A stretch of 63,071 nucleotides of DNA, counting the filler, from Lenisia limosa (Eukaryota > Protista > Breviatea): NCBI GenBank assembly GCA_001655205.1. It is 12 parts of 12 records of this genome, joined end to end, with 100 filler letters (N's around TTAATTAATTAA, not from the genome) between each part and the next. Parts side by side here need not be neighbours in the genome. Positions count along the whole stretch, not along the records: positions 1 to 13,294 come from LPNZ01003687.1; 11 more parts are not named here. One strand, 5' to 3'. The notes beneath the pieces are model-generated. The model was not told the origin of the DNA. It saw nothing but the letters and a program-made list of their open reading frames with translations, and made no database searches. A program made the position numbers and the translations under genes. Position 1 is the first letter of the stretch, and each line of letters starts with the position of its first letter. Below are positions 1 through 13,294 of the stretch, in pieces.

Positions 1-1
1 T

Positions 2-91
2 CTGGACCTCCCCCCTTACCGTACCTACGAAGATATGGTCGCCAAACTCTCCTATGCCCTCCAGGAAACCGAGGGGTTCGGGGTGGAGTAG
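2..91 (+). CDS. 3' end of a HECT E3 ubiquitin ligase (NEDD4/Rsp5-like); 5'-truncated by window edge
   Basis: Frame 2 reads LDLPPYRTYEDMVAKLSYALQETEGFGVE*, matching the conserved HECT C-terminus (LDLPPY...KL..A..ETEGFG.E*). Stop TAG at 89-91. Confidence 0.85.
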   Translation: MDLPPYRTYEDMVAKLSYALQETEGFGVE

Positions 92-205
92 TGTGCCCCA
101 TTGCCCTGTTTCTAGCTGTTTTTGATATTTGTTTTTCATCATGTGAGTTGCTGTACTTCTACCATTAGGAGGCCCAAGTTGAAGACAGTATTATTGACTT
201 GGGAG

Positions 206-304
206 TAGGGCTTCCCTTCGGTTCGAAAAAGACCGGTCTAATACCGATTTTTCGAGGATTTATCGAGAAATTCAGTCTTTTTTTCGAACCAAAGTGAAGC
301 CCTA
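206..304. mobile_element. MITE family A (~100 bp, palindromic, TA-flanked); representative copy
   Basis: taGGGCTTCCCTTCGGTTCGAAAAAGAC...GTCTTTTTTTCGAACCAAAGTGAAGCCCta. Other copies at ~8640, 9534, 12713, 22138-22237, 28304-28403, 32531-32630, 32759-32833, 33774, 60365-60465, 60797-60890; partial or diverged at ~760, 1140, 9197, 22703, 54812, 60290. Confidence 0.85.
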
Positions 305-973
305 CTTGTGAGTCTTATGAAATAGTTTGGATTCCCATGCAGTTTTTGGGAATCGCGTATTTCTTCAGATTTCCATCTAATTCTCATGATAATGGGAATC
401 CCCTTTTTCATAATAATCCTAAGTCGATGCGCTGTAGTATTTCAACTATTTGGCATAGAAATTTTGGCATAAGTTTAAGCGGACCAGTGTAGGGGAAATC
501 ATGGACTATTTGACCAATACGGTATATCAATCCCCCAATTCTTTTTCAACGGTATATCCACTAACTCTAAATGTTAACTCCGCGTGTGTTAATATGACCG
601 AACAAAGTCACGAGTCACGCAGATAAGAGCATCCCATAGCCTATTTGGACCTAAAAAGTGGTACTCCAAAAAGTTGCAGGGTTGGGGGTATAATCACTTC
701 AGTACTCGAGTCACGATGGCCGGGAGGCATGAGGTTCATGTCGAATCATGTGGATGAAGGTTTCACCACTTCGAAAAGACCGGGAAAATATCGATAATTT
801 TCGAGGATTAACATTATTAATAGCATGACATACATGTAATAATGTACATAAAAAAACAAAAAAAAAAAAAAANNNNNNNNNNNNNNNNNNNNNNNNNNNN
901 NNNNNNNNNNNNNNNNNNNNNNNNNNNNNATCAATAACATACATTTAGAGTATCAAAATCCTAACAACGCCAG

Positions 974-3900
974 TTAAACTTCCAGCACGTTCTCTAGCGT
1001 CTCCTGGATAGTGAAATAGAAAAATAATAAATGTAACAATAATAAAAATAATACTAAAAAAGACCATAGCTACTCAAACGCCCTTATTATCTGAAAAGCC
1101 CAACTTAGAATTCCATAAAAAGCCACCTCAAAAAGTAAGAGTTTCACTATCGGTTTTTTAAAAAGAGAAATCAAATCCTCGAAAAATATCGAAATACTGG
1201 TCTTTGGATGGAAACAAATAAAGCTCATTAAACATTTGTCCAATCAAAAAAACAACAACAAAAAACCCTACAGTCTCAGCTGCTACTTCAGTTTCTTTGG
1301 GTTCCTCAGGCTTCTAAAATAATAATTCTGAAAAAAAGCCCAAATTCACTCTGTTGGCGAGAAACACGTAAGGGTGAAAATAACCAAACACATGAAGCCC
1401 AGGCCAGTGACGTCTACAGTATCTCTGATTTCCCCAAGATTTTCATTAATTAGAAGAACTCCAGCATACTTCAATCTCCTCCTGATTTTTTGTATCAACA
1501 TCTTCAGTGGAATGATTGAGGATAATATCGGCTTCGTTGAGGGATTTGGTCTCAGAACTGGCGGTGGTGGCTGCAGCGTCTTCGTCATTTTCCCGCGGAA
1601 TAAGGGTGGTTTGGGTCTCGAGGTCAAGAGTGTTGGAAACATCAACAGTAGTGGACTCCTTTTCCGCCATTTCGAGCTGATTTGGAATCAATGGTGTCAA
1701 TGGAAACGTGGAGAAATGTGAAATAATTGGGAGTATCTGGCTGAAGCCATATACGTCGGATTAAAGATATTGATTTTTGTGTGAGAATAGTATCAATTAT
1801 ATTTGATCGTATCTTCGCTATCAATAGCAGGATCTGATAAACTGAAGGATATTTATAATATATATATATATGTATACATACATATAATACATATGTAATA
1901 GTCATAATGAGGACAATATTATTTATCTAGATATATATATATGTTTCTCACAGACAAAAAGATAAGATGAATATCATAAAGTACAAACTCAACAGCTCCC
2001 TCTGAAGACCCCCCCCCCCNNNNNNNNNNNNNNNNNNNNNNNNNNNNNNNNNNNNNNNNNNNNNNNNNNNNNNNNNNNNNNNNNNNNNNNNNNNNNNTCA
2101 TACATGTCTGTCAATCTCCGTTTTCTAAATAAAGTTTTAAAAAAAGGAGAAATGGGGTTTAAATACAATGCATCTTATATGGTATATGAACTAGTTTCAT
2201 ATAATACAAAACGAAACATTAACACATATATTTACCAAAAAATTAGGAACTAAAGTTCAGTTCGACAAAGACAGTTAACTTCAGTAAAACAAAAAAAAAA
2301 CTGGTTGTCCCACAAACCTTTTCCTTGGTAAAGAACCTTAAGCCGACAACGCCAATCCCAACGAAGCCGAGCATCACCAGCCCGAGGACAACATACAATG
2401 TGGCACTACTGTCGTCGTCATCATCAGAAGTAACTTGAGAAGAGACGCCATCATCAAGGCTGTCGATCAGCTCAACCGTCTTGATGTTGGCAACAGCGAA
2501 AGTGGACAAATGGCAGACGTGAGTAACAAGTACGCTATCAGTAACGACTTCGAATACGTTATTACAAGAGGACTTTGCAAGTGAGGCTTTCCCGTCATTA
2601 ATCCACAGAAGGCTGGGAGTAAAACCTGAAGTAATCATGTCAGGAGTAAGCTCGGTCTTGAAAATAATCGGAGTTGTGAGTGCCGTGGATCCGAGGGAAG
2701 TTTCACCGAGATAAGCACTCAAAGAGAACTGCATAAGAGGCTCAGTGGAGTATCCGGGGAGAGCCACGGAGGTGGGGGTTTCCTCAATGGCAAATGCTAA
2801 TGATGTGGCGGCAGCGCCAAGTCCAGCAGGAACGTCGATAATTAAACCGACGGCAAGATCGGAAGCGGCAAGAAGAGTGATGTCTGGAGTACCACTGACA
2901 GCATCGATGGAGAATGACGTGGCAGAGGAGCTCGCACAGCCAGAAGCGAAGGGAACAAAGCCGATGTCGCATTCTCCACAAAGCATTGGCGTATCTTGAC
3001 GACATTTAGCACATTCGCGAAGGGTATCTGGGAGCACGGCAGCGAAGCATGCGTTTTCGCTGTCAAGAGCGCAGACAGATATCAAGCCGTGCTCGAGGGT
3101 GCATGTATAGCCTGATTGAATGACGCAATCTACGCACATGGCGCTTGCGTCTTGTCCGACATCACATTCTTCATATTCGTCAACTACGCCATTTCCACAC
3201 GTGGTCACGCAAGACTCAGTACCATCACCACAGCTGAGACTGAACATTGAAACTCGGACCGGTTCAGATGAGGTCATCGCACAGGTCCATCCATCAGTCA
3301 TCACGCCGGTGAGGGACCATCCGTTTGCAGTTAATACCACACAAGTGGGCTGGCAGTAGTCGCATCTAGCAACGGTGTAATTAACAGGTGAGAATTGCAC
3401 GATGGAAGAGATTTCTATGGCAGTTCCGCTGCTTGAAACGGCTGAAATGTCAACTTCACCAACAGGGAGAGCAGACGCGGGAACCGGAGGAGAGAAGTTC
3501 AGTTCCTCAGAAGCGAGTCGAGTAGGGAAGACAAGAGCGTGAACATCGAAGGTAGGCTCGGTGGTGATGCCTGAGACTGCGGAGGACACAGATACTGACT
3601 CGGTGATATTGGTCAAGGCAAAGCCAACAGTCGCGTCGCTGCGAGAAGAGAAGAGCATCTTGCCTTCATAGTCCTGGGTGTAAGTCTGATCAGCAAATTG
3701 GAAAGTGTTAATGGAAACGTCAGTCAAAATAGCACGGAAGATGGCGATTAAGGAGTCCACTTCTGAGTTGGTGCTTCTTCTGAGGTCGGGTTTGTCCAAT
3801 GCCGTCACCGCCATTACGAAGGTCTGCTCGAGGGCAGCTTGGCGTTCAATTCCGGTTATGGTCTCAGTCCGGAGAACATCGAGAGCATCTTCAAGAAGCG

Positions 3901-6900
3901 ACAGAAGGGTCTTTTGGTTGTCGCTTATGGTGAAGATCTTTGACGATAATTGCGTAATCAACTTAATGGCTGTGGCGGCGTCCGTGAGCTGTGAAACAGA
4001 AGAGAGAATAGTGGTAAGATCATCCTCGAACGAGGCAGACAGTCTACGGCGTGTGATAGGGTCTGCATTGAAGATGGAAGAAAGAAGGGAGACAGTCTGA
4101 TCGGGACTTCCAGTGTCCTGGAGCTTCTTCTGCGAGATGGAGAGTGCTGAAAGAGCCAAGTCCTCCGTGAGGCCTCCTGCTGGCATGGTCACTTCGAGGG
4201 TCTTCGAAGCAGTGGCAGCAGCACCGAAGCTATCCCGAGCGATCACCGTGATCTGAACACTGGTTTCGCCATCGAAAGGCTGGGGTGCGTGGATCGTGAT
4301 TTGTTGTTTCGAAGATATGCCACTGAGAGCTGTGGAAGAGGAGTTTCCTGAGACAATCCATTGGTACGTAAATGGTCCACCTTCATTATCCTCCCAGTTA
4401 AAGGTAGTTAAAGTAACTAAGTCCGTGAAGACCTCAGCTGACAAAACAGATAAGTGAATTTCGCCAGCATGGGGTGGGGTGTTGACTTGGAAGGCAGTAG
4501 TGGAAGTGGCAGAAAGTCCGGATGGGTCAGACACGTGACACATGACAGAAATCTCCTGGCCAGCCATGAAGGATTCCGAAGAGAGAACAAGGAGATGACT
4601 AGAGGAATCCCCAGTCATACTCGAAACATCAACGTCGGTAGAAGTCCACTGGAAGATCAGCGAGCCGATATCGTATTCACTGGTAACGTCAACAAAGAAG
4701 GCAATGCTGTCAGCCTCATTAACAACGCTGGCGCTTTGGTGGATAATGATGTCGGGTACCCTGCCTTGTTGGGGAATGATTAGCTGGCTAGCTGTGCTAG
4801 TGAGTCCATTAATGGTGTCTTGAACTTCGACAGAGAATCTATAAGCGCCAAGAGCCAGTTTTTGAGCCGGTAAATCAAACGTAGCAATGGAAGGCAAGGT
4901 AAAGGCATTGTTAAGACTGTCGGTACAAGGCAGCATGGTGATATAGGAAGTACAAGTCCAGGTGAAAGCTAAGTCGCCATCAAAGGCAGAGGAGGAGGAT
5001 GCATCCATATGGATGGCTGAACTTTGGCGTGGCATTCTCCGTGAGCCTCCAGAAATAGAAGCTACCGGGGGAAGAACTGCTCTACCATAGGTCGTAACCG
5101 TCGTTACTGAAAGCTCAGTCATGGACACCAAGCTGACCTTAACTGTAACTGTTCCTTCGGCTCTGGAGTTAAGGTGTGAAGTGTCAATTGTTGTAGAATA
5201 TTGGTCAGTTGGACCAGTGATAAGGCCCACAGGGTTGGAAACCCATTCAAAAACTACACGACGCATATCAGCAAGCAGACAGTCAGAAACTACTACAGAA
5301 GCGGAAAGGGGTACTGAGGTACCTGGTTCAAAGGAGCCGGCTTCAGGAGAGACGGTGACTTGGGGAATGTTGTAGTTGCCAACAGTGATGGTATGAGAAG
5401 CCATGTCGGTCTTTCCAAAGAGATTTGTCACAGAGGCAGAGAACACGTAGGATTCACCTAGACAATGATAAAAAAGCAAAAATAAAAGAGCAGCAAATTA
5501 TAAAAACAAAAAAGAATATTTTAGTATCCTTACCAGGGAGAAGGGCTTCCGAAGGGACTCTGATGACGCCATCAGCTGAAACGGTGGCCTTGGAGAGAAC
5601 ACTAACACTATCACAAGTGAGCGCAAAGATACTCGCACGTCCGGCCATCCCACTAGCAGTCACAAAGAGTTCGAGTCCGTCATTGCAGACAGGCAGCTCA
5701 GAAGGGCCAATGAAAGAGACAACTGGAGAGAATGTTACCGAGGGAGGAAGCAGCTCTACAGAACCAGTGGCAAAGCTTTCTCCAGGACAAGTGAAGAAGA
5801 CATTATCGAGGATTGTGATTGGAGAAGATACGACGAACACGGCTCCTGATCCTGGGAAAAGTCGGAAGCCTTCTGAAGTAGCCAAAACGTAACTTCCAGT
5901 ACCAAGAAGGACAACGGTAGCCTGGGCAAAAACGTCTTCTGAGGGTGCATAGACAAAGTTGGAAGATACGGCACGATCAAAGGCAAGAAGAATAGTCATA
6001 TCTGTATCAATGCTTGCTGATACGAGGTGTCCGCCTTCAAGACCTACACAAGAAACACTAACAACAACGGTTCCTGAAACCTGGGCTCCTTCAAGATAAG
6101 CTTCATTGGCGTCTACATCAACAAGATTGACTTGTGCCTCCACCATTCCACTAGAAATGGCAGTATCAGACGGTATCATTTGAAGTTTTGAAAGAACACA
6201 TTCAATGTGACCCAGAGGGCCGTGAGCGATCGCGATAATCTGAGAAACCATTACAACGCCTGATGGACATTCTGAGGGTTCTAAAATGAGCGTGGCTGAA
6301 GAGTCAACCTGGGCCACAAGCTTATAGGAGCCAGTAAAGTCCAAGTCGGTGATAGTGACGTCTTGGAGGAAAACCCCACCAATAGCAGAGATTTGAGAGT
6401 TGGAAGTAGGGAAGGCGACACAGAATGCGTCTGGTTGGGGAGAAACTGTGACGGTGGTAAATGACTCAGTCTCAATACCAGCAACAACAAGGTTAACCTC
6501 AGCACGGAAAGAAGAGGTGCTGTGAGGCATAGGCTGAAGCTGGATGCCGAACTCAAGAAGGGAATAGACTGTCTCGTATTCATCAATAAGGGTGACGGAA
6601 GACGCCCATGGCTGGCCAGCGGCGGTGACGTAGCAGTCGCCAGTACAAGAAACGGTCAGTCGCGTAGTAGTGGCGGAAGGGATAGGAGTGTCGGAAGAAA
6701 TTGTGGGCAAAAGGGTCACAGTTGAGTCTTCTTTGACGACAACTTGCTCGTCGACAGTGATGATTAGACTAGAAGGCTGCTCACCCCACGAACCTGAGAA
6801 GACTGTCTTGGAGTTGGAAGCAGGTGAGTTAAGGGATGATCTCACGACAGGGCAAGAAGCGTCTGGGTAGCACTGAGTCAGACTAATGAGGGGAGTTGCG

Positions 6901-9900
6901 GCGTTGTTAACTGCGGTAATAGTGAACGTGTGGGTATTGGGATATGTCCACTGGCCAACACCATCAAGGTCCGAAATGTCAGTATCACAGATGAGCTTGA
7001 AGCAAGACGGAGCGTTAGTGGCCGTGTCAAACACTGTGGTGATGACGTCACCGACAGACATGGTACGATCAAGATCATCCGGATCGGAAGCGACAATGCG
7101 GGAGATAACAGGGGCCATATTGAGGGTTGACATACTCAGCGAAGAGGACGACGATGAGCCCACCGAGCTTACTGCTGTGACGATGAAAATAAGAGCAGTT
7201 TCTGAAGGGATCTCTCTGAAAGTGGCAGTGGTTTCAGGGGTGAAGAAAACGGATTCATATGTTGAATCTTCTGAAGACTTGAGCGTGACAGCGTAGTAGT
7301 CAGTATTCATGGTTTTGTTCCAGGCCATCACGACAATCGAGTCGGATACGAAGGAAAGCACCAGGCCGACTGGGCTGGTTGGGGGGTTGATCAGAGTGGT
7401 AAAAGACACTGCTTCAGATGATGGAGAGCAGTCCATTGCAGTTTGACACAGACGGGTCACCAGCTCATACTCAGTGCCAGCAGTGAGTACATCACTCGTC
7501 AGAAAAGTTGCAAACGGGGGGAAAGAGCCATCACAGATGACACAGGTGCCATTAACATCATTAACATCATAATTCACGCCGTGCTTGTCAGGGTTGAGCT
7601 GGGTGAACTCGAGAGCAGTTTGGGTTACACGCTCGATTGTTGGTAAAAACGGCTTGGAAATCGGCGCTGAAGGAGTGGTGACAGAGGATTCCAGAGCAGA
7701 GGTCGAAAACAGCTCGCCATTGAAGGAAACAACGCGAATCAAAAAAGTTGTACGTGGTACTGCATCAACAGACACGGAAGTTCCAGACGTGCTAATAGCG
7801 AAACGGTAGGAGCTGGAGGTTAACTCGATCCAGTACTCAACAACCTCGGGGGAAATAGAGGCATTCCACGATAATGAAATTTGATTGTGAAGGGTCTTGA
7901 CAATAACTAGACCTGTAGGAGGGTCGCTAGGAATAGCAAGGGTTGTGAAGTTAACAGGGGCCATATCGGATTGGAAGCCATCCTTAACAGACTGGATAAA
8001 GAATGTATATTCCGTTGATGGAGACAAAGAAGACAACACGTATTTAGCACCATCAGAAGAAGTAAGGTTAGCGATAGTACTTGTTTTGTCATAAATGCGG
8101 TAGTTCATGCCAACAATAGCGTTCCAGCTCAAGACCGCTTCGGTACCAGCGGGAGCAACACGAACAATGGGAGCTTCAAGAGCTTCACATTCGTCTGAAG
8201 AATCACGGCATTCAAGAAGAGGGCACAGAGTACAGCCTGCTGACGCGCAAAGGTCAACAGATAGGGTCTCGTTACATTTGGGAAGGTCCACAAGAACAGT
8301 GGTTCCATTAAGCTTTAAATCTAAGAACTGGAGGGTGGAGGTGAGAGGAATCTGCTGGAGGGAAGGAGTCCAGGCAACAGCAACTTGGAATTCGAAGGTT
8401 CTTTGGGCAGGGGTGAGAACAATGGTCTGGAGTGAGTCACTATCAACGGTCAATGTGACTGTTGGGTAGGCGCCGGAGTAATTAGGATCACTGAGACTGT
8501 AGCGTCCAAGGTAACTCATAGTGTCGGGAAGAGGAGTCAGGGAAATGACAATGTCGACCTCTGGAAAGAGTGATGCAAAGGGAAAATAACTCAGATCATC
8601 ATAAAAAGTGTTACTATATGATTATTCCCCTGAAAGGGATTTGGGTTTCACTTCGGTTCGAAAATAGACTGAATTTCACGATAAATCCTCGTAAACTATC
8701 AATAGTTTACTGGTGTGTAAAGAAACGAAGTGAAGACATCATTGTTGACAGAGAGTAATAATGCCTTTATTGCAAATCTGGTAGAAATCATACATATCGA
8801 TATGCATATTTTAAGGAAGTAACCCACGTGAGCACTCATTGACACCGGAATAGCCGGTCGGACAGGTACACCCTCCGCTAGGAACGCATTGACCAACGCC
8901 ACACATCTAAAACGTGACTACCGAATAGGAATGGGTAAGAAAAGAAGATTGCAGAAATAAACAGCTAATTGCAACTGAAAATGATGGGTATGACATGTGT
9001 TTGAGTTCTGAATTCCAATATCCGAGAACCGAATGAAGAGATGCTGAGTTTTTTACCCCCCCCCCCCCGGGNNNNNNNNNNNNNNNNNNNNNNNNNNNNN
9101 NNNNNNNNNNNNNNNNNNNNNNNNNNNNNNNNNNNNNNNNNNNNNNNNNNNNNNNNNNNNNNNNNNNNNNNNNNNNNNNNNNNNNNNNNNNNNNNNTTTT
9201 TCAAACCGAAGTGAAACCCAACCGGCAATCACTACGGCGTATTGACTTGGGATTGTTTTGAAAAAGGGGAAAATCCCTTTATTTAAATTGGAATCCCATG
9301 GAATTTTGTGTCTGAAGAAATGTATATGGGATTCCCAAACACTACAAGGGAATCCCAAGTCGATACCTGCAAACCTCAATAATTCCCTATTATCAGCAAT
9401 AAAAAAATGAAGAACAACCCTTCCTTTCGAACCGAAAACCGACAATTCCACCACAAAAAAGAAACTAAACCGAACTGAAGTAAAAATTCAAGTGGTAGCC
9501 CAGGCACTCAATCCCCCTGTTGATACTGAATAAAGCTTCACTTTCGGTTCCCAAAAAAAAGACTGAATTCGATAAATCATCCATAAGTATCGATATCTTC
9601 AAATTTTTGGAATTGAAAGTGAAGCTCTTGTATGGAACCCACCGATGGTATTGAATGGAACACATCCTCTTGGGTCCAGGTCGAAGACACATTCATCCTC
9701 AAAGAAGCATTCGCCACAAGACAGAGCGGAGCAGTTTGCTGCAAGGTGAAAAATGAATTTTGAACAAGAAAAAATAAAATATTATGTAGCTATGGATGTG
9801 TTAGAGTATCTCATATTTAAAAGTTGAAGAACGAAGGCGTTGATGTTCTTGGGATAAAGTTCGGAGTAATTCTGAGTCAAAAAATAAAAGAGTGAATAAA

Positions 9901-12682
9901 AAGGGGCCCAGTTTTCAAAAAATGGTGATAAATGGGCCTTTACTGGACATAATTTCTTTGAAAAGCGAAGTTTGAGAAAGTCGGNNNNNNNNNNNNNNNN
10001 NNNNNNNNNNNNNNNNNNNNNNNNNNNNNNNNNNNNNNNNNNNNNNNNNNNNNNNNNNNNNTTAGTCCTTATTTCTATGCAATTCTCGCAATTTATGTGA
10101 AGGTATGCGAAGGTACAGAATCAAATTCTGAATCGTTTGAATCCGATGAACATAGTTGTCTCATCCCTCTGGCCTTCCTTAACCTGGAAAGCAAAAAAAA
10201 AACCCTTTTGCAGTTTAAAGAACCATCAGAGTAGAATTAAGAACAAAATCCAATTCTGAATACTTTGAACCCATGAACATAGTTGTCTCATCCCACTAAC
10301 CCTCCTTAAACTGGAAAGCAAGAACCCTTTTTAGCAGTTTAAAGAACCATCAGAGTGTGATTTATTTTCCGCTATTTCTGCTATTATACCAATAACTTAT
10401 CATGATTAATTGTTGGTGATTATCTAGTTGCAATAACGACTCTATTGCGCCATTATGGCCACTGGAATCCATAGATTTGGTCTCCTTCCCCCAAGGGTAA
10501 GCCTGGTTCTTATCACCCCATAATCTATTCCTGAACTTTTGAATATTTCTAGGCCGTGTTGTAAGTATCACGACTGTCATAAGATTGAAGCTCTTCGACT
10601 AGAAATCCGCCACAGCAACGATTTCTACGAAATGGCAATTGAAGAACAAATCAGCTCCTTATATCACTTGGCAAAAATGACAAACTCAGACCTCATCCAA
10701 AGAACGGCAGCTTTTCTTCTCAAGGTATGTACTTTTCATCAACAATGCTATGATACATTGTTTAATTTCTCATCTCTATAACAACGACAAACCCCAATTA
10801 GTACAATTTTACTGGATTCAGGTCAGTCGCAAGCAAATTCGCAAGTTCAAGGAAACCGCAAGGATCACGGGAGGCCAACATACGTCCATCCTGGCCTCAT
10901 TGAAATTGTGCTACGCGACATCAACTTGTCCATTGTGAGAGGTGAAAGCCTTTCAATGAAAGAGACTAGTGAACTGGTATGTTTAATTGTTAAAAACGCT
11001 TCATTTTTGCCATTGTGTATGACAATATAGGTGTTTGACATTTGAGAAACTCTGCTAACCCACCCCCCGCACCTCCCTAAGTATGCTCTGTCTCACTCAT
11101 CATAGACCCTCAACCGCCTTGATAAAGCAAGAGAACACACACTCACCTCAGCGCCTCATGCAGCACGTGAATTCCCTCAGCAAATAATTTGACGAGCTGA
11201 GCATCAACGCTTCACTTATCATGGATGAGAGCATGGTTGACGTCTCCAATGAAACCGCTACCAAAAGTCGTCACTCTTGCCGAAGCAACGAAGACCTACG
11301 CAAGAGCACCAACACCTCCCAACCACATCACTTTGATTGACACAATTAGGTAAGCTGTACTTGGGGTAAAATTATCCCTTTATTTACTCCTCTAGCTCTC
11401 ACACTACTCTTATCGATGATGCGAGGGTCCTTCCTGTCTTTTTGCTTTTGGCGCAGCATTCTTGAGACTAACTCAGCGAAGGTCATTGAATCTCCAAATG
11501 GCTGGCAGGTTTGTGGTCATAATGTCGCCGCTATGAAGAAGAAAGAAGAGCATCTGAAGAGACAAGGTGTGTATCTGGGGTATGCATTGCTGGAATTTAC
11601 TATTGTGCCAATTTTTAATGTAACTGCTTCTTTAGCTCGGAAAGCAGAAATACAAAAGAAAAAGGAGAAACAGCGCCTCAATACTATTGGTAGGATTTCA
11701 CTTAAAAGGGATAAATAATCATATTTTGAGAAGGAGCGTCAGGATTTTCGTTACATTAATTGAAGCTCAGAGAGCTGCAAAAAAGACTGAAAAAGGGAAT
11801 GCCAAGAAGCTTGGTAAGAGCTACTTATTCGGGTTTTACTTACTCTACTTAGCTCGAAAAACGGAAACCCCAGCCAAGCAATCCAACAAAAAAGGTTTGT
11901 CTCATATTGATGAAAAATTTGTCTCTTTTATGTATAGATTTACTATTTAGGCCGTCGCTCTCGAAAATATCTTTTTGATAGCATTGTTTCCCTTGTTATG
12001 TTTTTAAATACATTGTTTCACTTATCATTTAGCTTTTCAAATAGAAAATAAGAGGATCTAAATGAAATTATTGTGGAAAATACAATTTTCAAAAACTGAG
12101 CCCCTTTTTATGCACTGACCTATATCATACTTTATAAAAAAATTGAAAACAAGTCAAATATAATTATTTATGAATAAAAGCAGATATTAGAGCTCATTTA
12201 AAACACTAAATCCTCGATGAGCATCGTATCGAAAGTACAACTCTTTTGTTCAAAAATACCAGTAATAGGGCAGATTGAAGTGTCGGTAGTGGACGAGGGG
12301 GTTGCGTCAGTGAAATGGACGCATTTACTAGCTTCCCCATCAAACTCACAGCCTTCAACCTTGATAAAGTAAAACAACGGCGGAGGGTTAATCGACAAAG
12401 AGAAACAGAAAACAAAAGATAAAATAGAAAATTATAAAATGGGTAACCAAATATAATGTTGATAAGGATAAAAGATTCGTCCTACTGATAAAAGAAACAA
12501 GATAGTGTAATTTAACTATAAAAGACAAGTTCCGTGTTTCATTACATTACTTTTTTCAGTAATAATGTTTCTAAAACCAAGTATAAAAACAAGTTATACC
12601 AGCTTCCAACCTGAAGGCATGCGTAGCAAGTAGTGAAGCGGGAGCAACGGAGCTCCTCCGGACAGAAGCCTGCACGGGATAC
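974..12682 (-). CDS. Large multi-exon type I membrane protein (>2,200 aa): PSI-like repeats, EGF-like, FN3, Ig/cadherin-like, REJ/PKD-like, Cys-rich CGNG..E.CD repeat, GPS-like motif, one TM helix, acidic tail; 5'-incomplete
   Basis: GT-AG exons (minus): 12611-12682, 12260-12359, 9643-9738 (CSRFTTCYACLQVEGC; CSALSCGECFFEDEC, PSI-like), 8828-8906 (CGVGQCVPSGGCTCPTGYSGVNEC, EGF-like), 5534-8560, 2318-5457, 1470-1676, 1272-1313, 974-1003 (stop TAA 974-976). All junctions are phase-consistent except 9643/8906, where one exon is missing, probably in the 9072-9196 gap. Motifs: CGNGVVDEYEECDVG, VCHLSTFAV, TM LYVVLGLVMLGFVGIGVVGL. Confidence 0.85.
9241..9364. mobile_element. MITE family E (TTGACTTGGGATT...AATCCCAAGTCGA)
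   Basis: Inverted termini with TA on both flanks. A second copy at ~193-428 is interrupted by the family A element at 206-304. Confidence 0.6.
10110..10355. repeat. Diverged tandem duplication, 2 x ~125 bp
   Basis: CAAATTCTGAAT...GATGAACATAGTTGTCTCATCCC...CTGGAAAGCAA...GCAGTTTAAAGAACCATCAGAGT occurs twice in tandem. Confidence 0.8.
10552..12050 (+). pseudogene. Spliced, partly disrupted Lys-rich gene nested antisense in an intron of the surface-protein gene; possibly a decayed transposase
   Basis: Plus-strand GT-AG exons near 10552-10734, 10822-10937, 11107-11350, 11458-11566, 11637-11689, 11767-11814, 11853-11895. The last three are symmetric phase-1 micro-exons (ARKAEIQKKKEKQRLNTI, AQRAAKKTEKGNAKKL, ARKTETPAKQSNKK). 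The 11107-11350 segment has stops or frameshifts. Confidence 0.35.
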
Positions 12683-13294
12683 CTGAGGGATGAAAGGGGT
12701 CCTTTTTAATGCTTCACTTCTGGTTCCAATATTTAGCAAGGGTAGATTTCAGCCATTTTGGAATCGAAAGTGAAGCTCTTGTGTTTTTAGAACTTAGCTA
12801 AAACCGAAATATAAATCACAGGGTGATTCACAACAATTCACAAGAGGTCGATGTTTTGAGAGCTACGTGGAAATCGGAATTGAACAAAAATGGGCAGTAG
12901 TAAATAATTAATAGCCTTAAAATACAGTGGCATTTCTCAAATGATATAAAGCAAAATAAAAATCGTCAAAGAGGAATATATATTTGTCTTTTCTGGAGGA
13001 AACCCTGACACCGAAAGTCAGTATTAAAAAAAAAAGATAAAAATAGGGTTGTATTTGGCCAAAGTCGTTCACACCATCACGCTTATACTAGATATGGGAG
13101 TATTGTAATAGGCCGCTGGGAAAAAGACAAGACCAGGTTCCGACATAAGTGCTCAGGGTAAGGAATCTGACCAAGTACTTGAAGGGATCCCTGAAAACAC
13201 GCATACAGTCACGTTTGAGAAGATGGGGTCGGCTTCATCAGAACAAATACCCGAGTTTGCGTTGAAGGAGCAAAGTCCTTGCGTACAGTCCGAG

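Noticed and set aside
2745-8469. Plus-strand ORFs of 60-155 aa overlapping the large minus-strand gene
   Set aside because: Antisense shadows of a long coding sequence, with no motifs or splice support.
13130-13293. Further 5' exon of the surface protein needing a 16-22-nt intron (SDCTQGLCSFNANSGICSDEADP...)
   Set aside because: The Cys-rich frame is plausible, but several splice solutions fit and none can be fixed by homology. Left out of the model.
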